Source: Clostridiaceae bacterium
GTDB lineage: Bacteria > Bacillota > Clostridia > DSM-8532
Assembly (NCBI GenBank): GCA_012521615.1
Contig: JAAYMA010000058.1
Location: 7,809-71,808, forward strand
Length of the DNA stretch: 64,000 nucleotides
Direction: 5' to 3'
Shown one piece after another: positions 51,164-60,184 of the stretch. The notes under the pieces are model-generated. The model made no database searches and had not been told where the DNA came from. It saw only the letters and a list, made by a program, of their open reading frames with translations. The position numbers were made by a program, and so were the translations under genes. Numbering within the stretch: the first letter of the stretch is position 1; the number at the start of each line of letters is the position of its first letter.

Positions 51164-53067
51164 TACAATCCTCCGTTTTCCGGAAACTCCATCTTACTCA
51201 GGATACTTTCCTTTATGCTCCGGGCATCAAGCCCGTATTTCCTGAGAATGAGGTTTCTTTCTCCATGTTCTATGCCTATATCAGGCAAACCTAAATTCAG
51301 AGTCCGGACTTTGCCGGAAAGTCCATTATATAAAAGCTCTGTTACAAAAGAGCCAAAACCGCCATTTTTAATGACATCCTGAATTATAACAACCCTGCCC
51401 GTCTTTTTTGCTGAATTAAGTATGGTAACATCATCCACAGGTCTTAAGAAACGGGGATTTATAACCTCACAGGAAATCCCCTCTTTCTCCATAAGTTCAG
51501 CTACTTCGAGCGCTTGTGAAACCATACACCCGACACCAATAAGAGTAAGATCATTGCCTTCTTTCACCACAACAGCCTTACCGTATTCCAGAGGTATATC
51601 GGATCGATCAAACTCCTTGCCCGAACCTCTGGGATACCTTACTGCAATGGGACCCTTATGTTCATTTACTGCATAGTCCAGCATTGCCTTAAGCTCATTG
51701 GGGGAAGCAGGGGACAAAATTGTCATATAGGGAATAGTGTATAAATATGAAACATCATAAATTCCCTGATGTGTCTCTCCGTCATCACCCACAATGCCAC
51801 ATCTGTCTACTGCAAAAACTACATCCAGCTTTTGAAGGGCAACATCGTGCAGAATTTGGTCATATGCTCTTTGCAAAAAAGTAGAATAAATTGCTACTAC
51901 AGGTTTTACTCCGCCCATGGCAAGCCCTGCAGCCAGTGTCACGGCATGCTGCTCGGCTATACCAACATCATAAAATCTTTCAGGGAACAATTCCTTAAAA
52001 GACCTGAGACCCGTACCATCAGGCATTGCCGCTGTTATTGCAGCTATGTCCTTGTTATCCCTTGCAAGTTCACACAACCTATTGCCAAAAACTTGTGAAT
52101 AATTTTCACTGCCAGAATTTTTTGTCAGACCGGTCTCTATCTCAAAAGGCGCAACTCCATGAAAGAAATCGGGATTTTTCTCGGCATGTTCATAACCTTT
52201 GCCTTTAATAGTCACTACATGAACCAAAACAGGTCCCTTCATAGTTTTAACATGTTCGAACACATTCACCATCTCACGGATATTATGGCCGTCAATTGGT
52301 CCAAAATAGCGGAATCCCAGATCTTCGAAAAACATTGAAGGCATCAGCATGCTTTTCATTGAAGTTTTTATTTTATGGACAAATTTTCTGAAAGTTTTCC
52401 CGCAGGGTAATAAATCCAAAAATTCCTGAACTGATTCACGGGTTTTATAATAGAGGGGACGAACCCGCAATCTGCTCAGATATCTGGACAGTCCTCCCAC
52501 ATTGGGGGCAATTGACATGCCATTGTCGTTGAGGATTATAAGCAGATTGGTTTTTGAAATACCGGCATCATTAAGGGCTTCGAGAGCCATACCACCTGTT
52601 AAGGCACCATCTCCGATCACGGCAGAAACAGTATATGACTCCCCTTTCAAATCCCTTGCCCGTGCCATACCCAAAGCAGCAGAAATTGAGGTGCTGCTGT
52701 GTCCTGTATTGAATACGTCATAGGGACTTTCCTCTGTCTTGGGAAATCCCGACAGGCCGTTCATCTGACGCAAGGTAGAGAATTTATCCCTGCGTCCTGT
52801 CAAAATTTTATGGACATAGGTCTGATGCCCCACATCCCATACAATCTTATCAAGCGGAGCATTCAGGACTCTGTGAAGGGCAATTGTCAGCTCCACAACA
52901 CCAAGGTTTGAAGCTATATGTCCTCCGGTCTTTGAGACTATGTCAATTAAAAACTCCCGTATTTCCTGTGCCAATATGTTAAGTTCATCAAAACTTAATT
53001 TTTTTAATTCATCCGGACTATCAATCCCAGTAAGAAATCTATATGATTTATTTAAATTTCCACTCAA
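51163..53067 (-). CDS. dxs: 1-deoxy-D-xylulose-5-phosphate synthase
   Basis: GGHIASNLGVVELT, GHSSTSISAALG and TPP-binding GDGALTGGMA motifs. A TTG at 53067 has AGAGGTG 5 nt upstream and removes the overlap with the upstream gene. ORF track starts at 53175. Confidence 0.95.
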   Translation of the reverse strand: MSGNLNKSYRFLTGIDSPDELKKLSFDELNILAQEIREFLIDIVSKTGGHIASNLGVVELTIALHRVLNAPLDKIVWDVGHQTYVHKILTGRRDKFSTLRQMNGLSGFPKTEESPYDVFNTGHSSTSISAALGMARARDLKGESYTVSAVIGDGALTGGMALEALNDAGISKTNLLIILNDNGMSIAPNVGGLSRYLSRLRVRPLYYKTRESVQEFLDLLPCGKTFRKFVHKIKTSMKSMLMPSMFFEDLGFRYFGPIDGHNIREMVNVFEHVKTMKGPVLVHVVTIKGKGYEHAEKNPDFFHGVAPFEIETGLTKNSGSENYSQVFGNRLCELARDNKDIAAITAAMPDGTGLRSFKELFPERFYDVGIAEQHAVTLAAGLAMGGVKPVVAIYSTFLQRAYDQILHDVALQKLDVVFAVDRCGIVGDDGETHQGIYDVSYLYTIPYMTILSPASPNELKAMLDYAVNEHKGPIAVRYPRGSGKEFDRSDIPLEYGKAVVVKEGNDLTLIGVGCMVSQALEVAELMEKEGISCEVINPRFLRPVDDVTILNSAKKTGRVVIIQDVIKNGGFGSFVTELLYNGLSGKVRTLNLGLPDIGIEHGERNLILRKYGLDARSIKESILSKMEFPENGGL

Positions 53068-53095
53068 AAGAACACCTCTTATCAAGATTTCACTT

Positions 53096-53740
53096 TCATT
53101 TTCGCCTTGACGGCTGTTTCCCTCTATCAAACATTGCAAGGAATTTTCCGGCTTTATAGACAATATAATTTGCATTATTAATCCCGATATTTTTTGTAAA
53201 TCCTTTGCCGCCTACAGTCAGTGCAGCAATCAGGGCACCAACCAGTACTTCAATCAGTGATACCTGATGATTTCCGGCAAAAACACTGTACACAATGGCA
53301 GTTCCCGCAGCACCACTTACCACACCGCAGATATCCCCTATTACGTCATTACAGAAACTTGACACCTTTGACGCATTCCTAAGCAGCATGATTGACTGTT
53401 TTGCCCCTTTTATTTTCTTCGAGGCCATACAATGAAAAGGAGTCTCATCGGCCGCCGTCACTGCAATACCTATGATATCAAATAATATACCTAATAATAT
53501 TATTGCTAATACCACCAATGTTGACATCTGGTATGAAATTACCTTAAAAATACTTGAAGACAAAAATAAAATTGCAATTGACAGGGTAAAAGATACGACT
53601 GTAATAAACAAACCCCAATAAATATGTTTTTTATGGAAACCCGAATTTTTTTTAACCGGAATCTTGGATTTAGATGCCTGCCTATTCTTTTTGGCAGCAG
53701 ACTTCAAAAGCCTTTTGTCCGATTTATCCTCTTTGTCCAA
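53096..53740 (-). CDS. oapA: OLE-associated membrane protein A candidate
   Basis: 214 aa with a basic N-terminal tail then about 4 hydrophobic segments. Lies between the OLE-like RNA and dxs, the position described for oapA. TTG start at 53740. Confidence 0.65.
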   Translation of the reverse strand: MDKEDKSDKRLLKSAAKKNRQASKSKIPVKKNSGFHKKHIYWGLFITVVSFTLSIAILFLSSSIFKVISYQMSTLVVLAIILLGILFDIIGIAVTAADETPFHCMASKKIKGAKQSIMLLRNASKVSSFCNDVIGDICGVVSGAAGTAIVYSVFAGNHQVSLIEVLVGALIAALTVGGKGFTKNIGINNANYIVYKAGKFLAMFDRGKQPSRRK

Positions 53741-53799
53741 TATAACTCTGCTCTCCTGTTTTATAATTAAATTATACTTTTATGGTTATTATATATATC

Positions 53800-54416
53800 A
53801 GCAGGATGGCAACAATCCGAGTAAATTTTGCGCCTTAGGTCAGGCAGGATTTCCCCGATAGGTACCAAAACGTCGCCATTTTGGCGGTTTCCCATTAAAC
53901 CTAAAGTTGAGAGGTTGCCCTCATCAAAGCCTGATCGCCACTCAGTACACACTACAATCCCCGGATTGTCAAGAAAACTTACAGCCTAGGGGTTTTCCCC
54001 GTAAGCCTTACCGAGCTTCTAGCCTCTTTTGCACGATTGGTTTCAAACAGCAATATTGTCTATGTATTGGCCAGCACATAAACAACCGATCCGTTATCCT
54101 CCAACCGCACTCAAGGCAGGCTACGCTGTCCACAGCATCAAAAGTGATACCACATGACAGGTTTACTCCCTCACCGTAGTCAAGATTTGTGTCGCAAATG
54201 CGAGGCAATCTGTCTCCCACGAATGAGGGTCTCCGCGGTAGAGGGGACAGGTCCTGCATGCCATTACAGGTTGCCCCTAAACCTTAACTCCCAGCACCAG
54301 CCCATCACTGGGCGTAACAAGCCGGCACAAGGAACTTCATCGATGTGCCCTTTAACGGATTTTTAGGCCCGTCTTCGAAGCCGGCAGTGCTGACTAGGAT
54401 ACTGCGCCATCCTGCT
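53800..54416 (-). ncRNA. ole: OLE (ornate, large, extremophilic) RNA
   Basis: 617 nt closed by a perfect 11-bp helix (53800-53810 with 54406-54416). About 50% G+C in the stretch I counted, against AT-rich flanks. Many perfect internal hairpins, including a GNRA (GUGA) loop that exists only in minus sense. No credible ORF. The context ispA, this element, a 4-TM protein, dxs matches the described OLE locus. Confidence 0.8.
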
Positions 54417-54433
54417 ATAAATTATGGAAAGAT

Positions 54434-54462
54434 ATTATACAATAAAAAGTTTTATTTAGCAA
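54434..54462 (-). promoter_or_regulatory. Sigma-A promoter candidate immediately upstream of the OLE RNA
   Basis: Minus sense: TTGCTA, a 17-nt spacer ending in TG, then TATAAT. This places the predicted start about 10 nt before the terminal helix. The -35 box overlaps the last codons of the DUF212 gene. Confidence 0.55.
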
Positions 54463-54892
54463 ATACAATGCCCACCAAAATTCCCAGGGCAGCGCCTAAA
54501 AAAACCTGAATGGGAGTATGTCCCAACAGCACCTTGAGTTCTTTTTCAACTTTGACATCTGTAGAATATATCAGTTTATTGATTACCTCGGCTTGTTTGC
54601 CTGCTGCACGCCTTACACCGGCTGCATCGGCCATTACAATAAAGGCAAAAATAACTGAAAGAGCGAATATCCCGGAATCAAAACCATATTGTATCCCCAA
54701 GACAGTTGCAAGACATACAGAGATAGCAGAATGACTGCTTGGCATCCCTCCCGAGGATACAAACTTTCTGAAATCAAATTTACCATGCTTGATAAAATGG
54801 CTGACAAATTTTATAGACTGAGCCAGAAACCATGCAAATAATGGCAGCACAATTACTTTATTATCCAGTATTTCTTTCATGTAGCCACCCAC
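54452..54892 (-). CDS. Divergent PAP2 / DUF212 family membrane protein (YuiD-like)
   Basis: SSGGMPSSHSA, GVRRAAGKQAEVINKL and LLGHTPIQV motifs. The probable ATG at 54880 lies within the track ORF. Confidence 0.75.
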   Translation of the reverse strand: MGGYMKEILDNKVIVLPLFAWFLAQSIKFVSHFIKHGKFDFRKFVSSGGMPSSHSAISVCLATVLGIQYGFDSGIFALSVIFAFIVMADAAGVRRAAGKQAEVINKLIYSTDVKVEKELKVLLGHTPIQVFLGAALGILVGIVFAK

Positions 54893-54933
54893 CCTGCAAA
54901 AACAAAATAAAATTTACCAAACACAATAATTGA

Positions 54934-55830
54934 TTATCTGTCTCTGTTCTCTATATAATACGCAGTTTCAACAAGAAAATCCGAATTTTTGACTTCTTCC
55001 AATGCTTCAACTGCCCTCTCCACCGTCCTCTTCAGGAATTCCTTTGCTTCATTTAAGCCCATAACAGTTACAAAAGTCGACTTCTTATTCTTTTCATCAC
55101 TTCCGGTGGGTTTACCTACAACTGCACTGTTCCCCTCATAATCAAGAAGGTCGTCTTTAATTTGAAATGCTAAGCCAATATTTTCAGCATAGCGTACAAG
55201 GCGTTCCTTTATAATATCTGGTGCATCATATAACTCGGCAGGAAATAAAATGCTGGCTTTTATCAGCTCCCCTGTCTTTTTTCTGTGTATGTTAAGAAGA
55301 TGGTCTAAACTAATAGCCCTTCCTTCCGATGATATATCCAATACCTGACCGCCTATCATTCCTGAAGCACCGGCTGCTCCGGCAATAACAGAGGCAGCTT
55401 TGGATTTATAATAACAGCCTTCTTTGTCTCTGGACACTTCTTCCAGCAGTATCTCGAAAGCCCTGTTCAATAAAGCATCTCCGGCCAAAACGGCAATTGC
55501 CTCACCGAATACTTTATGGTTCGTAGGTTTTCCGCGCCTGAAATCGTCATTATCCATACAGGGAAGATCATCATGTATCAGGGAATAGTTATGAATCATT
55601 TCAAGCGCACATGCAAAGGGTAAAACAGCATCATAATCTCCTTCAAGCAAATCACAAACTGCAAGCGAAAGTACCGGTCTGATCCTTTTTCCTCCCGCCA
55701 TTAAACTATAGTTCATAGCCTCAAAAATTACTTTTTCAGGACAATCATCATAAGCAGTATAGTGCTTGAGCCAGTTTTCGATTTTTTCAGTATAATTTTG
55801 ATATTGCTTTTTGTAATCCATTATATTCAA
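54934..55830 (-). CDS. ispA: Farnesyl/geranylgeranyl diphosphate synthase (polyprenyl synthetase)
   Basis: First DDxxD-type motif LIHDDLPCMDNDDFRRG and second motif FQIKDDLLD. Confidence 0.9.
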   Translation of the reverse strand: MNIMDYKKQYQNYTEKIENWLKHYTAYDDCPEKVIFEAMNYSLMAGGKRIRPVLSLAVCDLLEGDYDAVLPFACALEMIHNYSLIHDDLPCMDNDDFRRGKPTNHKVFGEAIAVLAGDALLNRAFEILLEEVSRDKEGCYYKSKAASVIAGAAGASGMIGGQVLDISSEGRAISLDHLLNIHRKKTGELIKASILFPAELYDAPDIIKERLVRYAENIGLAFQIKDDLLDYEGNSAVVGKPTGSDEKNKKSTFVTVMGLNEAKEFLKRTVERAVEALEEVKNSDFLVETAYYIENRDR

Positions 55831-56069
55831 CCCTCTGGAGTAAAATCCCTTTCATCTATCTGGTTATTCTCTTCCAAAATAATAGTTATTCGTTTTTCTA
55901 TATCATCAAGCTTTTTATTGCAATACCGGACAAGTCCCACACCTTTTTCAAACATCTTCATGGAATCTTCCAGTGTGAGCTCCCCGCTTTCAAGTAAGTT
56001 GACTATGCTTTCAAGTTCGGCAATTGCCTGCTCATACGGCATATCGGTCTTGATTTCATTCTTACCCAT
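55827..56069 (-). CDS. xseB: Exodeoxyribonuclease VII small subunit
   Basis: 80 aa: YEQAIAELESIVNLLESGELTLEDSMKMFEKG. Confidence 0.9.
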   Translation of the reverse strand: MGKNEIKTDMPYEQAIAELESIVNLLESGELTLEDSMKMFEKGVGLVRYCNKKLDDIEKRITIILEENNQIDERDFTPEG

Positions 56070-56072
56070 ATT

Positions 56073-57290
56073 TTACACCTCCGTCTGTTCGGTTAAGGTT
56101 TTATCATAAACAGCCTGGAATTTCCCATCACAAACCGTTATTATGAGTTCCTCACCAGGCCTCATCTGTTTAACCGAACGGATCATTTCCCCACTTTTGT
56201 TCTGGGTTACTGAATATCCTCTGCTGAGCACCGTCAGTGGACTTAAGGCATCCAGTTTTCCTGCCAGCACCTTTAAATCTGATTTTAGATTTTCCAGTTT
56301 ATATCTGCTTCTGTCAAGAAGGTTCCGTTCAAGCATATCAAGATACTGTCTTCTTTGATTTAACTGTTCTGAAGGCTTTATAAGGCTCCGGGCCTCCGAA
56401 AGTCTTTGCAGTCTGTTTTTCTCATGATTTAACCTGTTTAAAAGTGAGGTATTCAGCCTTTTATAAAAAATACTCAGTTGTTCCTTCATTGCCCTTTTTT
56501 CAGGCATGACCAGCTCTGCTGCTGCAGAAGGTGTGGGAGCACGCAAATCAGCAGCAAAATCCGAAATAGTATAGTCAGTTTCATGACCAACTGCTGAGAT
56601 AACAGGAATTTCTGATGCCACTATAGCTTTTGCCAGTTCTTCATCATTGAATGGCCAGAGATCCTCCAGAGACCCGCCGCCCCTGGCTAAAATTATTACA
56701 TCAACATTTTTTAATTCATTAAATAAATTGATACCTCTGATTATTTCAGAAGGAGCTTCCTTTCCCTGTACGGCTGAACCGTACAAAATTATTCTGCAAT
56801 TTGAATATCGCCTGGTAAGGACATTTATAATATCCCTTATTACTGCTCCTGTTGGTGATGTAATAACGCCTATGGCACAAGGAAGAAGCGGTATAGGCTT
56901 TTTTCGGCTTGCATCAAAGTATCCCTGCTCTTCGAGCCTCTTTTTCAGCTGTTCAAAAGCAAGGTACAAAGCCCCTGTTCCGTCAGGCTGCATTTCTTCT
57001 GCGTAGAGCTGGTAATTGCCACCCTGAGGATATACAGAGACATAACCTCGTATAATAACGCGCATTCCTTCTTCAGGACGAAACTTAAGACGAATATTAT
57101 GTGACCTGAACATCACGCATCTGATTATTGATTTTTCATCCTTCAGAGAAAAATACATATGCCCTGATGAATGGGCTTTAAAATTGGAGATTTCGCCAGC
57201 CACCCATACATGAGAAAGCAGCATGTCACTGTCGACAAGCTGCTTAATATATCCAGTTAACTCTGAAACAGTAAGATACCTGTTCATCAT
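56073..57290 (-). CDS. xseA: Exodeoxyribonuclease VII large subunit
   Basis: 405 aa with an OB-fold N-terminus (VSELTGYIKQLV...VWVAGEISNFK..SGHMYFSLKD), ARGGGS and GHETD motifs. Confidence 0.95.
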   Translation of the reverse strand: MMNRYLTVSELTGYIKQLVDSDMLLSHVWVAGEISNFKAHSSGHMYFSLKDEKSIIRCVMFRSHNIRLKFRPEEGMRVIIRGYVSVYPQGGNYQLYAEEMQPDGTGALYLAFEQLKKRLEEQGYFDASRKKPIPLLPCAIGVITSPTGAVIRDIINVLTRRYSNCRIILYGSAVQGKEAPSEIIRGINLFNELKNVDVIILARGGGSLEDLWPFNDEELAKAIVASEIPVISAVGHETDYTISDFAADLRAPTPSAAAELVMPEKRAMKEQLSIFYKRLNTSLLNRLNHEKNRLQRLSEARSLIKPSEQLNQRRQYLDMLERNLLDRSRYKLENLKSDLKVLAGKLDALSPLTVLSRGYSVTQNKSGEMIRSVKQMRPGEELIITVCDGKFQAVYDKTLTEQTEV

Positions 57291-57304
57291 ACTTCCTCTG
57301 ATTT

Positions 57305-57718
57305 TTATAACTTCCCTTCCAGCTCACCCAGGACTTTTCCCAATACTCCATTAATAAAGGATCTTGATTGATCTCCGCAATATTTCTTGGCCAGTTCAAC
57401 AGCTTCATTGATTGAAACATTGGGAGGTATGTCGAATCTGTATTTCATCTCGTAAGATGAAAGGCGTGTAATTGCAAGGTCAACTTTGGGCATCCTGCCT
57501 ATTGTCCATCCTTTTAAATGCCTTGATATGAGCTGATCAAGTTCCTGCTGCCTTTCTATAACACCGTTTACCACGTCCAGAAAATATTCTCTGTCAGCAT
57601 CTTCAGAAATATCGTGCTCTTCCAAAAAACGTTCTATCTGCTCCTTAATATCATCCCTTTGTATTTGTATTTGATAGAGTAATTTCATAGCCTTCTCGCG
57701 GGTCTGTTTTCTTCCCAA
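57305..57718 (-). CDS. nusB: Transcription antitermination factor NusB
   Basis: [15 protein letters not shown]... A TTG at 57718 has GGAGGG 6 nt upstream. ORF track starts at 57745. Confidence 0.9.
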   Translation of the reverse strand: MGRKQTREKAMKLLYQIQIQRDDIKEQIERFLEEHDISEDADREYFLDVVNGVIERQQELDQLISRHLKGWTIGRMPKVDLAITRLSSYEMKYRFDIPPNVSINEAVELAKKYCGDQSRSFINGVLGKVLGELEGKL

Positions 57719-57791
57719 AATTGTCCCTCCGAATTTAATTGACAATTACTTATAAGTATTTAATAAGTTCTTATCAAGAATTATAACTATA

Positions 57792-58532
57792 CTACACTTT
57801 CTGTGCAACATAAAATATTCTTTCTTCCTGAGCACCTGGCGGATTGAAACTAAGATCTCCATAAACTTCTGCAAGTTTGAGCCCGGCATGTTCAAGGGCC
57901 TGCTTTATCTCATCAGTGGTATATGCTGTTTCCTGATGGGTTTCATCAAATCGCTCGTATAACCCTTCATGGTTTCTGACAAAAAAGGCAAGATCAAAGG
58001 TTACTTTTCTTTTTTTACTGTCGTATGTATTGGTCCAGACCCATGCAATATCCTCGCTCAAATCATAAAATGTTTCATTGCCGAGAATTTTGGAGATCTT
58101 GTAAGGACTGTTCAAATCAAATATAAAAAGCCCGCCCGGGTTAAGATACCTGCTCACCAGCTCAAATACCTGCTTTACTTCATCAATCGAGTCCATATAG
58201 TTCAAGGAGTCCAGAAGGCATATAACTGCGTCAACTGTACCATGAAGTTCAAAATTCCTCATATCCTGATTTATGAATAATATATCCTGATTGCTTTCCA
58301 AAGCTTTTTCATAGGCTTTGGAAAGCATATCAACCGATATATCAAGCCCAATCATTTGAAAGCCGCGTTTAGACAATTCAATAGTCATATTCCCGGTACC
58401 GCAGGCCAATTCCAGTATAAGCTCAGGTTTTTGATTAAATTTAAGAAAGGCTGATTGCAAATAATCAGCCCACTTTTTATAGGGAATATCCTGTACAAGT
58501 TGGTCGTAAACATCTGCAAATCGTCTGTACAT
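57792..58532 (-). CDS. Class I SAM-dependent methyltransferase
   Basis: SAM-binding motif ILELACGTGNMT. 246 aa. Substrate unknown. Confidence 0.75.
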   Translation of the reverse strand: MYRRFADVYDQLVQDIPYKKWADYLQSAFLKFNQKPELILELACGTGNMTIELSKRGFQMIGLDISVDMLSKAYEKALESNQDILFINQDMRNFELHGTVDAVICLLDSLNYMDSIDEVKQVFELVSRYLNPGGLFIFDLNSPYKISKILGNETFYDLSEDIAWVWTNTYDSKKRKVTFDLAFFVRNHEGLYERFDETHQETAYTTDEIKQALEHAGLKLAEVYGDLSFNPPGAQEERIFYVAQKV

Positions 58533-58547
58533 TGTCTCACCTGTGAA

Positions 58548-58706
58548 TTAAACCGTTTTGGATTTTTTCTTTCTTGACAAAATACCACCAATCCGGCCTG
58601 TTTCTTTGGCACTCAAACTTTTCCATCCGCCTTTTTGAATTTTTTCAAGAAGGCCCAGCTCCTTTGCAATCTCAAGTTTAAGCTGTTCATCTTTTTTCTT
58701 CTGCAT
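58548..58706 (-). CDS. Alpha/beta-type small acid-soluble spore protein-like
   Basis: 52 aa. LKLEIAKELGL (compare the GPR cleavage region EIASEF) and SAKETGRIGG (compare TSRANGSVGG). The ATG at 58706 has GGGGTGA upstream. Confidence 0.6.
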   Translation of the reverse strand: MQKKKDEQLKLEIAKELGLLEKIQKGGWKSLSAKETGRIGGILSRKKKSKTV

Positions 58707-58756
58707 ATAAATCACCCCACGGAATATTATTGCCATTGCTATCCATGGGTATTCAG

Positions 58757-60022
58757 CTATTTATCTAACTTTTTCCGCACTTCTTCGACAGCAACTATCA
58801 ATTGTGCATCCTTATCATGGGGAATATCTTCTATTAACATGTTCTTATATTCTTTATCCAGATCTATTTCAATATCCGGCATTACACCTTCATCATGGAT
58901 GCATTTTCCTGAAGGTGTAAAGTAGCGTGAAATAGTATATTTGAAACCTGCACCATTGTCAAACCCGACATCAATTGCCTGAACAAGGCCTTTGCCGAAA
59001 GATTTTTTACCAACAAGAGTCCCCTTTCCATAGTCCTGAACGCAAGCTGCCAGAATTTCGGATGCACTGGCACTGTATTCGTTTATAATAATGCTCAGCG
59101 GCATATTCAGTTCTCTTTCATCAGAGTATTCCTCGTTCCTTATCTTAAACCTGTCCTCTGTATAAACTATTAACCCCTTTGGTACAATCCTGTCTGCAAT
59201 TCTGACAACCTGGCCGTAATCACCGCCGGGATTGTCCCGAAGGTCTATTACAAGCCCTTTCATGCCTTGAAGAATTAATTTGTTGAGTTCCTTTTCAAAA
59301 TCTTCTGCTATATCGTGATCAAACTGTTTTATCTGGATATAACCTATTTCATCATCCAGCATTTCGCTTGAAATATATGGTATGTTTATTGCTCTTCTCT
59401 CCAGCTCCAGATCTATATACTCCCGTGTCTCTGGTCTGTAAATAGTAATTTTGACTTTTGTTCCTTCTTCACCTCTAATTCTTTCCACAATCAAATCTGC
59501 ATCTGTAATTGTAGTTACATCCTCATCATTTACCTTAACAATCTTGTCATTCTTTTGAATACCGGCCTCTTTTGCAGGAGAATCCGGGAATATATTAGCA
59601 ACATTCAGAAGATAATTTTCATCCATGTGAACCGTAACACCAATACCAACATATCTTCCTGTAGAATCTTCCATGAACTTCTTCATTTCCTCAGGAGTAT
59701 AATAGACAGTGTACGGATCCTTTGCACCGGCTGATAACCCCTTTATCGCCAAACTGAAGGCTTCATCCAAATCAACTTCCTTATAATATCTCGTACTCAA
59801 AATATTTTTCACTCTATTGAAAGCAGTTAAATTGGACTGGCTTATTTCATCCTTATCAAAAAATAAGGCAGTCTGAGGTTTGAACCATTGAGCCAATGGT
59901 TTTGTCACAAACACATCCCAGGATACCATTCTGATTACTGAAAACAGGTATCCTGAAAAGAATGCAATAACCAGACAAATACATATCACAGATATATTTA
60001 TTATTTTCCTACTGTTTTTCAT
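58757..60022 (-). CDS. Carboxy-terminal processing protease (peptidase S41)
   Basis: N-terminal TM, a PDZ domain (GIQKNDKIVKVNDEDV) and the S41 catalytic region (NEYSASASEILA, GKKSFGKGLVQ). The ATG at 60022 lies within the ORF that starts at TTG 60031. Confidence 0.85.
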   Translation of the reverse strand: MKNSRKIINISVICICLVIAFFSGYLFSVIRMVSWDVFVTKPLAQWFKPQTALFFDKDEISQSNLTAFNRVKNILSTRYYKEVDLDEAFSLAIKGLSAGAKDPYTVYYTPEEMKKFMEDSTGRYVGIGVTVHMDENYLLNVANIFPDSPAKEAGIQKNDKIVKVNDEDVTTITDADLIVERIRGEEGTKVKITIYRPETREYIDLELERRAINIPYISSEMLDDEIGYIQIKQFDHDIAEDFEKELNKLILQGMKGLVIDLRDNPGGDYGQVVRIADRIVPKGLIVYTEDRFKIRNEEYSDERELNMPLSIIINEYSASASEILAACVQDYGKGTLVGKKSFGKGLVQAIDVGFDNGAGFKYTISRYFTPSGKCIHDEGVMPDIEIDLDKEYKNMLIEDIPHDKDAQLIVAVEEVRKKLDK

Positions 60023-60129
60023 AACGGACAACCCTTCTACAAGCGTACTTATTTCATTTTACATCCTATGCTTAATTTTTTCAAACAATGTTAGAAGCAT
60101 AATAAAAAATCGGGCATAAGAACTTCAGA

Positions 60130-60163
60130 TAACATTAAACAGGGATATCCTTCCGGATATCCC
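60130..60163 (-). terminator. Intrinsic terminator after the M23 peptidase gene
   Basis: Minus sense: GGGATATCC-GGAA-GGATATCCC followed by TGTTTAATGTT. Confidence 0.6.
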
Positions 60164-60184
60164 TTCAATCTTTCTTATTGATTT

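Noticed and set aside
51163-53175. Long dxs ORF with a 36-codon N-terminal extension overlapping the oapA-like gene by 80 nt
   Set aside because: The extension (MQIILSIKPENSLQCLIEGNS...) has no Dxs-like sequence. A TTG at 53067 with AGAGGTG 5 nt upstream gives a typical Dxs N-terminus and removes the overlap.
53767-54366. Four track ORFs of 61-90 aa (53767..53952 -, 53907..54179 +, 54008..54259 -, 54154..54366 +) inside the ispA-dxs gap
   Set aside because: They overlap one another on both strands, lack SD/start context, and have odd Cys/Arg/Pro-rich compositions. They fall entirely within the GC-enriched, helix-rich element interpreted as OLE RNA. Open frames are expected by chance in GC-richer non-coding sequence.
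58707-58756. Sigma-G-like promoter for the SASP gene (minus sense GAATA, 17 nt, CAATAATA)
   Set aside because: The -10 match to CAT..TA-type forespore promoters is imperfect, and I cannot score it against a matrix. It is plausible but too weak to list as a feature.
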